A stretch of DNA of 51,767 bases, the filler included, from Catajapyx aquilonaris (taxonomy: Eukaryota), in NCBI GenBank assembly GCA_000934665.2. It is 2 parts of 2 records of this genome, joined end to end, with 100 filler letters (N's around TTAATTAATTAA, not from the genome) between each part and the next. Parts side by side here need not be neighbours in the genome. Positions count along the whole stretch, not along the records: positions 1 to 25,791 come from JYFJ02005302.1; 1 more part is not named here. The stretch is one strand, 5' to 3'. The translations under genes and the position numbers were made by a program. Numbering within the stretch: the stretch's first letter is position 1; each line of letters starts with the position of its first letter. The notes under the pieces are model-generated. The model worked only from the letters and a program-made list of their open reading frames with translations, was not told the origin of the DNA and did no database searches. Positions 1 through 13,300 of the stretch are shown in pieces.

Positions 1-94
1 CGGCGTAAGTCCGACGTCTCTCCGACCCCGGGAAGTGCGAAATCTTTTTCATCCTATATCCTCCTCCTCGGCGTGGGGCTTTATATATATTAGA
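1..94 (-). mobile_element. Possible Helitron-like 5' terminus (element runs off the window start)
   Basis: Minus strand reads A|TCTAATATATATAAAG..., resembling arthropod non-autonomous Helitron 5' ends. The 3' end is not visible. Confidence 0.3.
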
Positions 95-440
95 TTTATA
101 ATAAATACCACTTGCTGTGGCGGATTTATTTTTAACCTTGTGACGCATTTTAAATACCAAGTAGAAACTGCAGTATTTATCCTAGAAGTCCCATATTTAG
201 TGTCCTCATGGGACAGGACACACCCTTTTCTGTGGGAACCTCTCCAGCACGGTCCTGGATGTCATTTTATTAGTGTGGGATGTCCCTCCGCAAATCGAGC
301 AGACACGATTTCAAGGTAGCCGAATTATTCTGGGTTAGGGCAAGATGAGTAGGCCTATGTGTAAAAAAACCAGCCATCAATGTTGATATTTTCATTGACT
401 TGCAAAAACATTGATCATGTTGAAGTTCCACTATGATGTA

Positions 441-1015
441 AAGTGAAGTGGGGTAAGTGCGTACCGCTTTTTGGAAACATGAACTTTCTGCAGCGATTGC
501 AAAAAAAAAAAAAAAGAAATTCTTTCAACATACGCGCCATAGAAGAGCCATACATTTGGCTTTCATTTCCTGGAAGTGTCTTTGTGATATCAACTGTGGT
601 GTACCCAATACATGGTATAATCCAACACAAGGTCCAGTGTAGTACGCACTTACCCCGCCTCTTGGGGTAAGTGCGTACCCGCCCTGTGCTCCCCCTCTAA
701 AACTACAAGCAGTGAAATCTGAGGATAGTGCGTACATCTCCACGTATAGATCTCCCCGTTATTTCAAACTCCGCTAAAATATATGAAACTGTGTAAAAGT
801 TATGAAAGTTTTTAAGTCTGCATAATTTACACTGTCTTCTTCGCTTACCATGCAATCACTGTCATTCACCTAACAATGCTCACCTCTTGTGGGGATGTTA
901 TGTGCAGCTACACGAAAGAGTGCCTGACGCGTTTTGGTGTCGTCAGCCTTTTTCATTCCAATATGGTGGCCCGTGTATGCACTTACCCCGTGTATGCACT
1001 TACCCCACTTCACCT
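441..1015 (+). mobile_element. MITE family A copy 1 (TA-flanked, Tc1/mariner/pogo superfamily)
   Basis: TIR A(A/G)GTGAAGTGGGGTAAGTGC, TA on both sides, internal repeats of the TIR core; a similar inverted copy lies at 29573-30157. Confidence 0.9.
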
Positions 1016-2825
1016 TATTTAAAAATGTAACATGACCCCTTTCATGAGTGGGTACATAGCCTTAACTTACTACACCACAATAACTTTGCTGGGTTACATG
1101 ATGCCCCCAAAATTATTACATACTAACTCGTAATAACAAGGTTGGCAGGGCTTAATGGAGGGATAAAAATGAGCTGGAGTGGGATCGAAAGTGGGGCCTT
1201 ACGATTAGCAAGAGGCGACGCTAACCATTCGGCTACAAGCTACCAGTGGATACCTCTCTCTTGGAACCTGCACTTCCACTACAGGATTACCAGACATAAG
1301 GAAACCGGTGTGTTTCTCTCTCATCAAAAATTTCAAGAAAGGCCGACAAAAGTATGGGCAGTATAAATTGAAGGCTGCAATGCCATCATTATTATGCAAA
1401 TTCGAAACTGACGCAATGAGCTGAGAGATATTAATGTGGATTTTAGTGCACCTTTACAGGCAATGTTTGTTTTAAAAAACCGAAGTCTTTTAATTTGAAA
1501 TTTTAAACCATTTGCACACTTCGCAAACACTTCATTGAGATTATCTGGACTGGAGAATGGATAATTATGAAACGTAACAACAGAGCTAGGAGGAACTCAA
1601 AGGACATGGCACAAAACGTATGGGCCAGTGGCCTTCCATTCGATTTGCCAGAAAATGGGATAAGTTGCAGCCCAGACTGTCCTGATCAATGTTGGATAGG
1701 AACATTTCAAGGTAGGCTACAACATATCCCATTTTCAGGGAAATCGAACGGAAGGCCACTGGCCCATACATTTTGTGCCTTGTCCTTTGGCAGTTACTGT
1801 AATTTGGCAGTTAGCAACTGAAATAAATACGAGTATACTTTGGACAGTGAATTTCTGTGTCACAGGGTGGTGGTGGACAAGGAGAGTTGAGTGTTTTAAT
1901 TTAGGTTGGATGCATGATCACACCACCCCCCCTTTTGTGGCTGCAGAAGTAGTCAATGAAGAGTATACGGTTTCACACTGAACAGTATTGTATTGATCTT
2001 GTTCACATGTGAATAAATGTGACTTTCGCAAATAGTACATAAGCATCAATGCGCAATCCTTCAAGCCTTCTTCCTCATCCCCTCCAAAATACACTTTCCC
2101 GCACATGAAGCCCTGTTATTATCAGTCCCAATGTCCCTTACTTCAAACAACTTCGTTGTTCCGAAGGTTCCAACTCGCTCTTCTGCACCTTCCAGTCTTT
2201 GGTGGCGTCGTGGTCATCGGCTGGATGCTCTCGATACCCGACATACCTTCTGTCTGGACACCTGATGCTTGGTGGTCTTCCTTCAGCTTCTTCTGAGTCG
2301 TCCGTTGGAGGATAATATTGGCCACGCCCAAGCTGGCCGTCTTCTCCTCTGTGGTACAGTACTGCGGTGATGTGGATGCCCTCTGGTGCATTCACCTTCC
2401 TCTCTTGTTATCCTCTACAACAGTTGGCGGATTAATGCTTGGACACACTGGGGTTCTTCCAGGGAAGACGATGCCTGCTGCCAGCCACAACAATGGAGTG
2501 TTCCTCCAATGCTGGGTCCCAATTAGCAACAGTGATAACAACTGTCCAACGATGCTTCTTGTTGGCGGATTAATGCCACGCCTCACATTGGTCCTTCTCA
2601 CAGGGAAGGTAGTAGTACCTCACTGCCAGCCACAACAAGGGCACAAGCCATCCTTGCTGCGTCCCAAGAACAACAATCGCTCGTGGACACTCCAGAACCC
2701 GTTTCTTGGTCCCAGAACTTCTGAGAGTAAAGAACCCCATTCATCTCAGTAGGTGCTATATTGTGTAAAAAAATTGTAATGAAAATAATGTTTTTTTGTT
2801 CTGCATGATGTTTATGACTATTGTA

Positions 2826-3017
2826 CAGGGTGACTCTAAAGTCAGGACACAAAGGTAATTGGATTGCATTGTTGTTTTCCAGTTGTGCCAACTAGCAGAT
2901 TATTGTCAATAAGTAAAGTAATGGATGAGGGGGCACAGTTGGCAGTTTGAGTGGGCACAACTGGAAACCCACAATACAATCCAATTACGTACGTATCCTG
3001 ACTTTCGAGTTCCCCTG
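2826..3017. mobile_element. Small palindromic MITE (CAGGG termini, TA flanks)
   Basis: Imperfect roughly 65-bp inverted arms CAGGGTGACTCTAAAGTCAGGA... / ...TCCTGACTTTCGAGTTCCCCTG. Confidence 0.75.
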
Positions 3018-3261
3018 TATTATGTCGCTAGACAATATGGCAAATTCTACTTTTTATTGAAACCAAAATAATGATTAATCGTATCCATATTTTTTAGCGA
3101 TATACACAGTACATGTATAGGCCCTACCTAAAGCCCACATTGAAAGTGAAAAAATGTCAGGGGCTCCGCTGTCCAAGTTTTTTCAAAAAAGGGCTCCACG
3201 AATCCACGGGACAAAAAGTTTGGGAACCACTGCCTTAGACTAAGCTTGAAAACTTGGGACT

Positions 3262-3378
3262 AGGGGACTGGTTTATGACAAAACCCTGGTTCTTGCGGAA
3301 ACTCCCTGCAAATAGAATAGGGATTTTCCTAAAGAACCGGGGTTTTATGATAAACCGGTCTTGGTGAAACAGGCCCTA
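3262..3378. mobile_element. Small palindromic element, Harbinger-like end; related fragment at about 44260-44326
   Basis: Imperfect hairpin ending GGTGAAAC(A/C)GGCCCT, with AATAG...TAGGGATTTT...GGTTTTAT shared with 44260-44326. Confidence 0.5.
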
Positions 3379-3559
3379 GGTGCCACTTCCCAGCTCTACT
3401 GTCCACATAGCCTCGTAACTGTAGCTTTCCTTTACCTCAATTATATCACTGGCTCATTTCCAAGCTGGAAACACTTTCTCCTTGCTGAAAAATTCCCACA
3501 CGTTCAAAGGTGGCAGTTTATCCTCACTTCTTTGCTCCTTCAATATTAAACACCTTCAC

Positions 3560-5300
3560 CTAGGCAGCACTTCCACCACAGTTAGGACCTGTGGTGTGGA
3601 CAGAAACAAAGGGAATAAAAAGCAACACAGTTTTGTCAACAAGCCTCATATATTGCAGCAATGAAAACTTCAGGGGCACAAGTTGGTTCGCATCAAACTC
3701 TTCATTTGTAGGGTACAAACAAAATTGGGCAGTTGACACTAGAATTGCTGAATCGAGTAATGCACACATAAGCTGCAACATAAAAGGGACAAAAAAGCTG
3801 CTAACACCCAAATTTCACGCCTTCTTGGCATTATGTGGCCCAAAGGGTACAGATATCCTTCCATTGCCAAAGTACCAACTATCAAACCCAATGGGAATAT
3901 GTTTACAATGCCAATTGCTTGTTTTTGCCCTACATGCAGTCTACTTCAACCAAAACCAAGAGGCAGTCCAGAACCACCACCTTATCGTAATCCAGCATCA
4001 TGTATAGTCTATCTTGGTAAGTTCAAGCCTCATATTTTGATGAAAAAGGCCTGTCATGCTGAAGGCACTTGCAACCCAGATCTTAACGCATGCATCACAT
4101 ATGAAAGTCCTGAGATGTATGGTGGGTCATGTCCTCATGCGGCAGGGTGGGATGATTTAAGTTCTTGATTGGACTATAAAATAACACCATCACCATTTTG
4201 CCTTTGTGAGGTTAGGAGACTCATGGGCAGCAGCACATGTAACATACCCCTAGCAAGCTGTTATTCCAACAGCAAGGTACAGTGACTACAAGATGCCATT
4301 AACAAGGTTATTTGGGTACTAGAAATAGCGGTAAAGTATGCCAAGTCACACTGGATTCGACACTTCTGGTATGCAACGCAAGTCAATATCTGGAGTGATA
4401 CCTGTGTACCTGTCACTTCCGTGCTGCTGCCTACATGCCTTCCAAAAATAACTAGTACCTGAGAGCCCACTTTGAATAAACATTTCTAACCATGCACCAT
4501 TCTCAAGCATCATTAACAGTCTACACACTCTGCAGTCATCAATATCAGCTTTCATCGTGTGCACTGTTCATAACTAGATCCCTCTCAGTATACCAGCTTG
4601 CTATGGTGAGATTACTGTTCTGCCATTAGATCCCTCTGCCCCCATTGGTTTTGAACCTAACCACTGACCAATTCCTTGAGTGCACACAAATGGTAGGAGG
4701 CTGTGATTTGGACAAGCAACAGTGCATTTGGAAAAGAGAAGGCTACAAAAAAAGAATTAAGCAGTTTCTAAATTTGGAAAATATCACCTACACTACAACC
4801 TACAATGACCTTGACATCACAACATGATAAGATGCATGTATTGTTCACCCATATGAAGAACTGGAGGTTGGACGGGTCGTGTGACTTCCATCATCAAGTT
4901 TGAAGCTTCATTCCAAAGAAAAAAGCCAGATAATACATTTGTTGCGCATAATACTTATCTATAGGTGAATTGTTGCCAAATAAATCAGCACAGAAAGGAC
5001 TCAACATCCCAAACCTTATGAGACACTTTAACAATGCCGCATGATGGTAACACAGCATTTGGCATTCTTTTCAGTACCATTTCCTGCATAAGTTGAACTC
5101 ACAAAGTCAATGTTGACAGAATTCAAACACTAGAATTGCATCCAATACATCACAAGACCTCCTTCCAAATATTGTAACGACCAAGCATCTCAATTCAGAG
5201 CAGCCTTTTTCACAACCGAAATACTATCCCGATGTTGTAGTCAACAATTACGTGACAGCCATTTAGTGGACCTTTGCACTTGTCTGGTTTGTTCTCATTG
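3560..5300 (+). pseudogene. Decayed Cys-rich glycoprotein-like reading frame, candidate phlebovirus-type Gc endogenous viral element / env remnant
   Basis: Overlapping ORFs 3591-4007, 3833-4168 and 4645-4827 are separated by stops and frameshifts. Motifs YLGKFKPHILMKKACHAEGTC, FCLCEV...TCNIPLASCY and YGEI occur in the order seen in phlebovirus Gc. Boundaries are approximate. Confidence 0.45.
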
Positions 5301-7353
5301 GTTGTGATGCATGACGCAGATATTTTTCACAAATTATGTTTAAAAATGTCCTATCATTTTTATAGCAAAGGAATCCATTAATGTGGCACATGTTAACTGT
5401 CCCTTAAACAGTGTGTGATGTTCATGTTTGCCTCAATGGATGCTTCAGTATGTAGTTTTCATTTGCAACGTTCAGTAACAACCATTGTGATATCCTGTAA
5501 CTTCTGAGGCAAAAACTAACACGTTAATTTCTAGTATTACTGTTGCAACCAGAGCATATGAACATAACCTCACAATGTTTCAAGTAGAAAATAATGAACT
5601 CAAAAATTCGTGTGTTAATGAAGAACACTATCATAATCATAAACCTCTTTGGTTGTCTTAGTGCAAGAAGTTGCTAATCACTAAACACATGAAGATGATT
5701 AAATGATTCAGAAATTTCATGACTACACAGCAGTGTTTGCAGTATCTCCCATTATTATTGAAAAAAAAGTGCCAAGTAGCCTATCTCAAAGTAATTTCAA
5801 TGCTGAATGATGCAACCAGGTCATTGTGAGCTACAAGACATGGGAAAGGTCGCTCAAGATGCTATACATATGGTAGAACAACTGAGATACTTGATTGCCT
5901 GCTGACATGTCACATAATATACAAACATGTGACAGCTCAACTCCCAATGGTGGAAGCCCACTTTCAAATACTAGCAAGATGGTGTGTGTGTGTCAACTCG
6001 ACACTGTGAATAATCATATTTTACGTGATACTAAAGAAAAAGAGAAAACAGACGAGGAGGGAAAAAGACAAGAATTGAGGTACACCGGTTTGACCTAAAA
6101 TTAGCCGAGTGGCGGCTTAGGTTAGGTTATGTCACACTCTAAATGCACCTTCACATGTTGTGATGTGTTTGGAATCCAGTTATGACCTACTACCCCAGGC
6201 ACCAGATCAATCATTACACAAAATAACCAAGAAAATCCATACTTCTGGTGCATAAGATGACATTGTTTACACTTACACTAGCTGTACTTAAAGTTGCTCT
6301 TACCAATAACAAAATTCTACAGAATAATCCATGAAACCTCCACTGACACTCCAGTCACAAGTCCCAAACAGTATTTCACTTCAGCTGTCGTGACAGATGG
6401 TGGGGAAAAATTGTTGCCATTCAAATATTTCTGTGCTCCTCATTCGGCAACCTTTTCTTCAAATGCTGACAGTCAGGGTGTTTCACAATAGAAGTAAATT
6501 TCTTATTATTATCAACATGACGCTTCATTGAAAGGAAGCTTACAAACCGGAAAAAGTTTTAAACTCAAAGAACATTTTTCAAGCACATGATTCAGTTACT
6601 GGTATCTGGGCTTCGCCTTCACTTGTACTCTCAACAGTTACTATGATTCAATTATTTTCACATTATTTCCTATTTGTTTTCACTCCCAACTTCTCCCCTG
6701 TCTTCATTCTAACAGCAATTGGTGGAAATTCAAACATGTAACACTGTGCATAACTGCACATTCCCAACAAAGGCATGTACACCACTTATGCAAGGTGCTC
6801 TTAAGCATTTCTTATGTAATGAAGATTGCAAATGCATGCATGCATGCAAAACAAGATTGATGGAACAAAAAGTTCTCCTTTCACTCTTCCTGGCATGTGC
6901 CCCAGCATCATTTCTAAGCCATAGTTGCTTTGGCTTCTTCTTAATAAACCCAAACCCAGCATCATTCGTGCATGGCGGTCATCACAGACATCTGCGAAGA
7001 AAGGCCAGGTTTGTGTAACAATTTGGAACCCCATTAGGCTGCACCTGCCTTTTGTTCCACATGCCTTGCTCCGGAAGACAATATGCTCTTGAAGAAGTGA
7101 ATGAAGGAAACCCTAGTAAAGATTGCAGGAAGTAAGTGGCAACATAATTCCTGGGTAAAGTTGCGTGGGAGGATCATGCGTATTTGCAAAATTGGTCCCA
7201 TCCCCACTGCTGGTCGAACAGGTGCAGTCCACTTTTCTTCCATGACACACCATAATTTGGTTGTGCTGTACATTAAACTATACTTAGAAGTGATATGCGT
7301 ACACTTTACAGAACACTTCCACCAACTGAATCCACTTAGCCATTCTAAGCCAC

Positions 7354-10300
7354 CTAAGACTTAGCCAGTCGCAAGACATGCTGAATGACCTCATCCACAG
7401 TCTGGTTATTCAGCAGTGTCTTGACGGCACTGTCGTCAATGACAACCGTGAATAGCAACTTCGCATTTTCCCTCAAGCTGTTTACCGACCCAAAGTTTTC
7501 ATTTCCCACGGGCTGGTGGCCACACCGTCGTATGACAAGCTCTAGAAGCTTTTCAACGGGTGTATCTGGCCAGCCGAAGGCCTGGAGGGTGCTCTCATCC
7601 ACCAGTAGAGTCAGCAGTTCTTTGATGCTCTCAGCCAGGGCAGTCTCATTTAAGCTGCGAGACTCAGGGTCTGTCTGGCTAACTGTGGCTGCCAAAAGTT
7701 GCTGCTGTAGTTTCTTCTTCTCAGCCTCTGCCATGACTTCTTCCAGCATATCTCGATGATGAGTGCGCATGTGACGCAAGAGGCAGTCCTGGCGGATGAA
7801 AGCTCGCCCACATTCATCGCAAGCGCAGGGGGGCTCCTGTGGTTTAAATCATGATGCCATTAGAAACTGATTCCAATAAATGCAAAAGAAACTGCAGCAA
7901 TACCTTAGTGTGTGTCAGAAGATGAATCTTAAGCGATGATTTTATTGCAAAGCTCTTCTCACAGATGGGACACTTGTGGGCTGAAATGTTAACGTATATC
8001 ATGAGCACAATACTGTACTGTACTGTTTGGTGAAGGATTAATTGAAATGGAGAGGATATGAATGGTGTACAGGAGTTGGTCTAGGCTTTAAAAAGATAGG
8101 AGAACTAGAGACAACAATCCTCACAGAAATGATGTAACTAACGCCACTAAAGCATCTGAACAAACAGGATAAATACTGATATGAAAAGAAATGACAGTTT
8201 AATTCAAGCCAAAAGCATGAAAATGTGATGACATCAAGATATGTAGTGCCACATCGCATGACACGAAAAATGATGTAACATAAGGAAAGCCAAGAGATCA
8301 ACTTGTGTTGTTGTAAGATCAGTTATCCCTCTCAAGTGTTTGAGGCTGGTTCTTCATCCCCTGTAAAATTTGTCTGATTAGCTGTTAGCTGTTTAATTTG
8401 ATAACTACCATTCTTACTCACGTCACTAGAGGGTCAAATTGAAATCAGGAAATATCATGGGAGAAGTCACTATCTACTTCTTGGTACCACACTTCTCCAG
8501 GTTTGAGACAGAAAGTCAAGGAAAAAAGGTGTAAAATATTTATCCCTTATGAGGTGGCTACAAAATAATTTGTAACTGAGGGCCAGTTGTATGAATGTTA
8601 ATGCAAACTATGAGTCTGTCCGCATGAAAATTAAATGAATATAACAGAAAACAAACTCTATACTTAGGTTAACTTTCGTCCATACAACCTGCCCTTTAGA
8701 ATCCCGTCGAACTACAGCCAAGTTCTCTTTCTTGCAGCCATTGACAAGAAATCGTTTCACAACATGGCTTATTGTCATTAATATTGTTATGCTTTAAAAT
8801 TCCACATTCACTTCAAGGTTGAAATGATCCCCCCCCCCCCTCCAAAAGCCATCACCATGAGAGCAAAACTTTCATGTATTAAGCTATGTAGGGCATCACT
8901 CCCTTATTGCATAACCTACAACCTTTCACCACCCCTGCAAACATCTTATTCTTTTAGATTCAATGTTCAGTGACCTTTTTCTCCCTCAACATGGGTTACA
9001 TTTGTTCCTTGCTGGTAAAGGTTACTGGATGGGGAATCATTCACATTTTCCCAGTAGCATCCTGAATGATCATGTTCCTCTCTACATGCCTGCGTCTGTC
9101 TGTCTCCGTCCTTAACAAATACCTACATTGGAAAATATTATTGGGCTAATTATTTTTAATGATTTATGACTAGAAATTATCTATTATTCAGTCATAGAAA
9201 AGTGAAAAAAGCCACCCAGAAACCATGTTACATTGTGGAAAACCAATGACATTTTGTCAACACAGCTGCTCTCGGAGTGTAACTGACACCCATCTGATTA
9301 GTGTTACAAAATGCCAAAATGCCAGTACATTTTTCAACCAGCTCATATTCCCATGAAAACTACCACAATCCAGGACGTAACATCATGCTCAGAACCTGGA
9401 ATACTCAGTCAGTAACTCTTTTTGTACGTCCCTTTCCTTTACTCCTGCCAATCTGACTCTTACGTTCCTGTTTTATTTCATTAGCAAAAATAGCAAAAGT
9501 TGCATATGCACAATGCAGTTATGGATGGGAAAGGATTCAAGATATATATTTTGCAAAGAAAGGACCTGTTCAAGGTTACCCTGAATAGCCCTGCAACCCT
9601 AACAACAAAAATGATGCTTATCTTGTAGTGTATATTCTATGCACCTAGTTTTACGCTAAAGACCGCTGTGCTCGCCACTTACTGTATCTTTGATGTGGTA
9701 GGTGTTGCTACCTAGCGGCATTAGTAGTATTCAAAAAAATGTTGCCACATGGTGAACTGTTTGATTAGTGTAATGAGATGAGATGAGGCATTTGACCTCC
9801 GGAATATTCTTACAACATTTTTAGGGTGTAAAAATGTTGTAAGAATATTCGGGCGGTCAAATGCCTCGCGAGTCTCCACCACGCGAAATGCAAACCCGCA
9901 GCAAGATATTCCGCATCTTCCACATCGTGTATCTCTCCCCCTCTCCTTCCCTCTCCCGAGAGTCCCCTAAAAGAGTGAGAGAAAGGAGAGGGATGGACTC
10001 AAGATGGCGTTCGTTAGCAAAGCAAGGCCGAACCCAACCCCCGGACATTCCCCCTATAATCAGTTCTTATAGCCTGATGGGGCGTTTTGCGGGAGGTGCT
10101 CACTTGAGAGCGCCTTTCATTGATGTCAATATACTCATATGAGACTCTTAATTTTGACCGACTCCTCCCTTCTACCTAAGTTCAGCGCAGTCCAGTAGGG
10201 TCGCCACATGTATTGACATCAGTGAAAGGCGCTCTCAAGTGAGCACCTCCCGCAAAACGCCCCGTCAGGCGATAAGAGGGAGTGACCAGACCTAAGTATT

Positions 10301-13300
10301 CTAAGGCCATGGCTGAACCCTTGCTCCAAACTGTTTAAGGCATTGAAGGTCACCTGTTAGAAGCATTCTTCCATTGAATGACAATATATTAGAGTGGCTG
10401 GACAGCAGCCATTTCGATCCAAGTCCCCTGGGTTGCCAAGTTTCAGCGATCTGCTCCATCGAAAGACACGAGTCATTGGGCCGTGTGGGTTGCCTTTCTT
10501 TGTCAGGATAACTTTGAACAGGTCCTTTGCCAGTTATACAGGGTGTTTCTTACTACTATGGCCAACGGCTGTCAACGCATTCCTTGGGCCAAAACAAGTC
10601 TAAAATGTAGGGGGGNTGTAGGGGGGGGGGGGGGGGAGAAATGTTGAGGGACCAACCGTTAACGAGGTAGATGACCAGAAACAATAGCCAGTGGTTGCCT
10701 AGGGAGCAGGACATGAGCATGATAATCGTGACTTTATAATTGATATTAAGGAGGTTGGCCCAGCATTGCCTTTCAACCTCCAAGGATAGGGAAGGAAGGA
10801 AGCGGCTGTGGCCTATTATACGGAAGCGACCCCGGAATTATCCTAGAAAGACGGTGGAGAACCACAGAAAACCACAGTCAGGGTTGCCGGCCACGGGATT
10901 TGAACCCAGGACCTCCCGATTAGCAGTCGGACGCCCTATCCACTATGCCAACCTGCTTCGGTTGATAATCGTGACTGTTGGGATTTGTGAGATCAGCCCT
11001 TTTGCAGAAGTGATTATCACCACTGATATCCTGCTCCCTAGACTCCCGCTGGCCAATGTTTCTGGTCATCTATCATGTTAATGGTTAGTCCCTCGACATT
11101 TCTCTCCCCTACATTTCCAAATTGTTTTGGCCCAAGAAATATGCTGACAGCCATTGGCCATACTAGTAAGAAACACCCTGTATATTTCCATACTGGGATA
11201 GTTGAGTTCAGTCATGCTTGTCACAGAAGATTTTCGGATAGAGTTGGCCTTACTGGCATGCGGGAGGTGGGAGGGTAGTAGTCGGTGGGGGCAGCGGGCT
11301 GTGTCGCAAAGGCAAGGATAAAGGATAGGCGTGTATCCGCTGAAGATAGGTCTGCATGGCTGAAGATAGGTCTGTATCCGCAAGGAAGGAAGGTTCGACT
11401 TGGTTAGGTTAGGTTGTTGGTACAGCATACCCCTTCCAAAATCCAAAAAACCTATCCTTGCATCCTTGACTTTGCGGCACAGCCAAGCTGCCCCCAGCCA
11501 CCACTCATCATGCCGCCTCCTGCATGCCAGTAAGGCCTATTCTTTCCAGATTTTCTTGAGGACAGTCATATGGTGACGGAAAGTGTATTGTGTCATGAAA
11601 TCATTCTATTGCATTTGATGCCATCACTGGTGACTATTTCACTTCAAGTAGTACCTTGATAATGTCTTAAGGCCCTCCAAGAAAATTTCATTACCATCAC
11701 TTTCCATAACCCCTTTATCCCCAGGACTCTCGATTAATTTCCACCACTGCACTTGGGTGCTAAGCAAAGAACTACCTCATTTTTCAGGAAAGAAAAATGG
11801 AATGAATATTGTAGCAATCAACCTGAAAGCTAAATACTTTGAAGCACTAATAAAGTACTGCCCCTTGTGCCCAGAAAAAATATTTTTCAGTATTTTATAC
11901 ATTAATCAAGAGTGAAGCATTTTTACTATTGGTAAAGCAAAATTTCTGCAGCAGCAGTTTTTTGCACATGCTCATGCAGACTGTCATCATCTTGCACATT
12001 TTGCAAGAATAATATTCATGCATGCCATCATGGCAGCAGCACGGAAGTGTTCCCAGCAAGTGTTGTTTAGTCACACACGTCAGCCCATCCATTAGTGTGG
12101 AACGGAAAAAAACGAAAGTTGTCAGCTTAAATCACATGGGCTGTCAAAAGTTGTGTATTGACAAGTATAACATTGGTGAATTTTTAAAGAATTTTCGTAC
12201 TTCATCTTCATTTGACGCAAGAGCCTTCAAGTTTCGCAATTTTTGCGAGAACAACACATATTACATTATGCAAAGCCATTTTTGTCCATGGAAATTCGTC
12301 GCTATTTCCATGTTGCTTAGGTCACTGGTAACTCATTATGGAGCATTCATTCTGTCTGGGATGTGTTTTTGACCTTGGGGCAGTTGCAGTCAACAAACCA
12401 AATTCCTCGAAATAGTGCATACAGGTCATTCCGAATCAAGTAGGCCAAAATTTTGCTAGACCATCTTGGAATTTGCCGAAAAATATCACCGCTGTATATG
12501 ACTATACCATAACACGTCACGTCAAGTTTCAGCCAAATTACGCAATACCGATGGGAGAGAAAAAATCGCGAAATTTAGTAAAATACCGGAAATGAGGCCC
12601 TTCTAGTTAATTTTTTGGTTAGTGGAAGTGGTCAAACACCAATAAACAATACATCAAATGAAAGAGGATGATGAGGGGAATGCGTGTATGGAATTAGCTT
12701 TCCTCTAAAGTGTAACCAGAAAAATGTGCGTGGCATTCCATCGGTCACGTGCTCGGTCACATGTCCAAGAATTTTGAAATTTTCTGGTTACATTTGAGAG
12801 AACTAATTCCATACACGCATTCCCCTCGTCATCCTCTTTCATTTGATGCATTGTTTATTGGTGTTTGACCACTTCCACTAACCAAAAAAATTAACCAAAA
12901 GGGCCTCATTTCCAGTATTTTCCTAAATTTCGCGATTTTTTCCCTCCCATCGGTATTGCATAATTTGGCTGAAACTTGACGTGACGTGTTATGGAATAGT
13001 CATATACAGCGGTGATATTTTTCGGCAAATTCCAAGATGGTCTAGCAAAATTTTGGCCTACTTGATTCGGAATGACCTGTATGCACTATTTCGAGGAATT
13101 TGGTTTGTTGACTGCAACTGCCCCAAGGTCAAAAACAAATCCCAGACAAAATGAATGCTCCATAATGAGTTACCAGTGACCGAAGCAACATGGAAATAGC
13201 GACGAATTTCCATGGACAAAAATGGTTTTGCATAATGTAATATGTGTTGTTCTCGCAAAAATTGCGAAACTTGAAGGCTCTTGCGACAAATGAAGATGAA

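Noticed and set aside
7385..7759. 124-aa plus-strand ORF (also 19021-19455, 22605-22928, 32059-32352, 49220-49609)
   Set aside because: Antisense shadows of real coding exons.
10880..10962. tRNA-like sequences (also about 26230-26308, 27370-27440, 28160-28237, 30340-30412)
   Set aside because: They lack a proper acceptor stem and continue into SINE bodies with tails or TSDs, so they are not tRNA genes.
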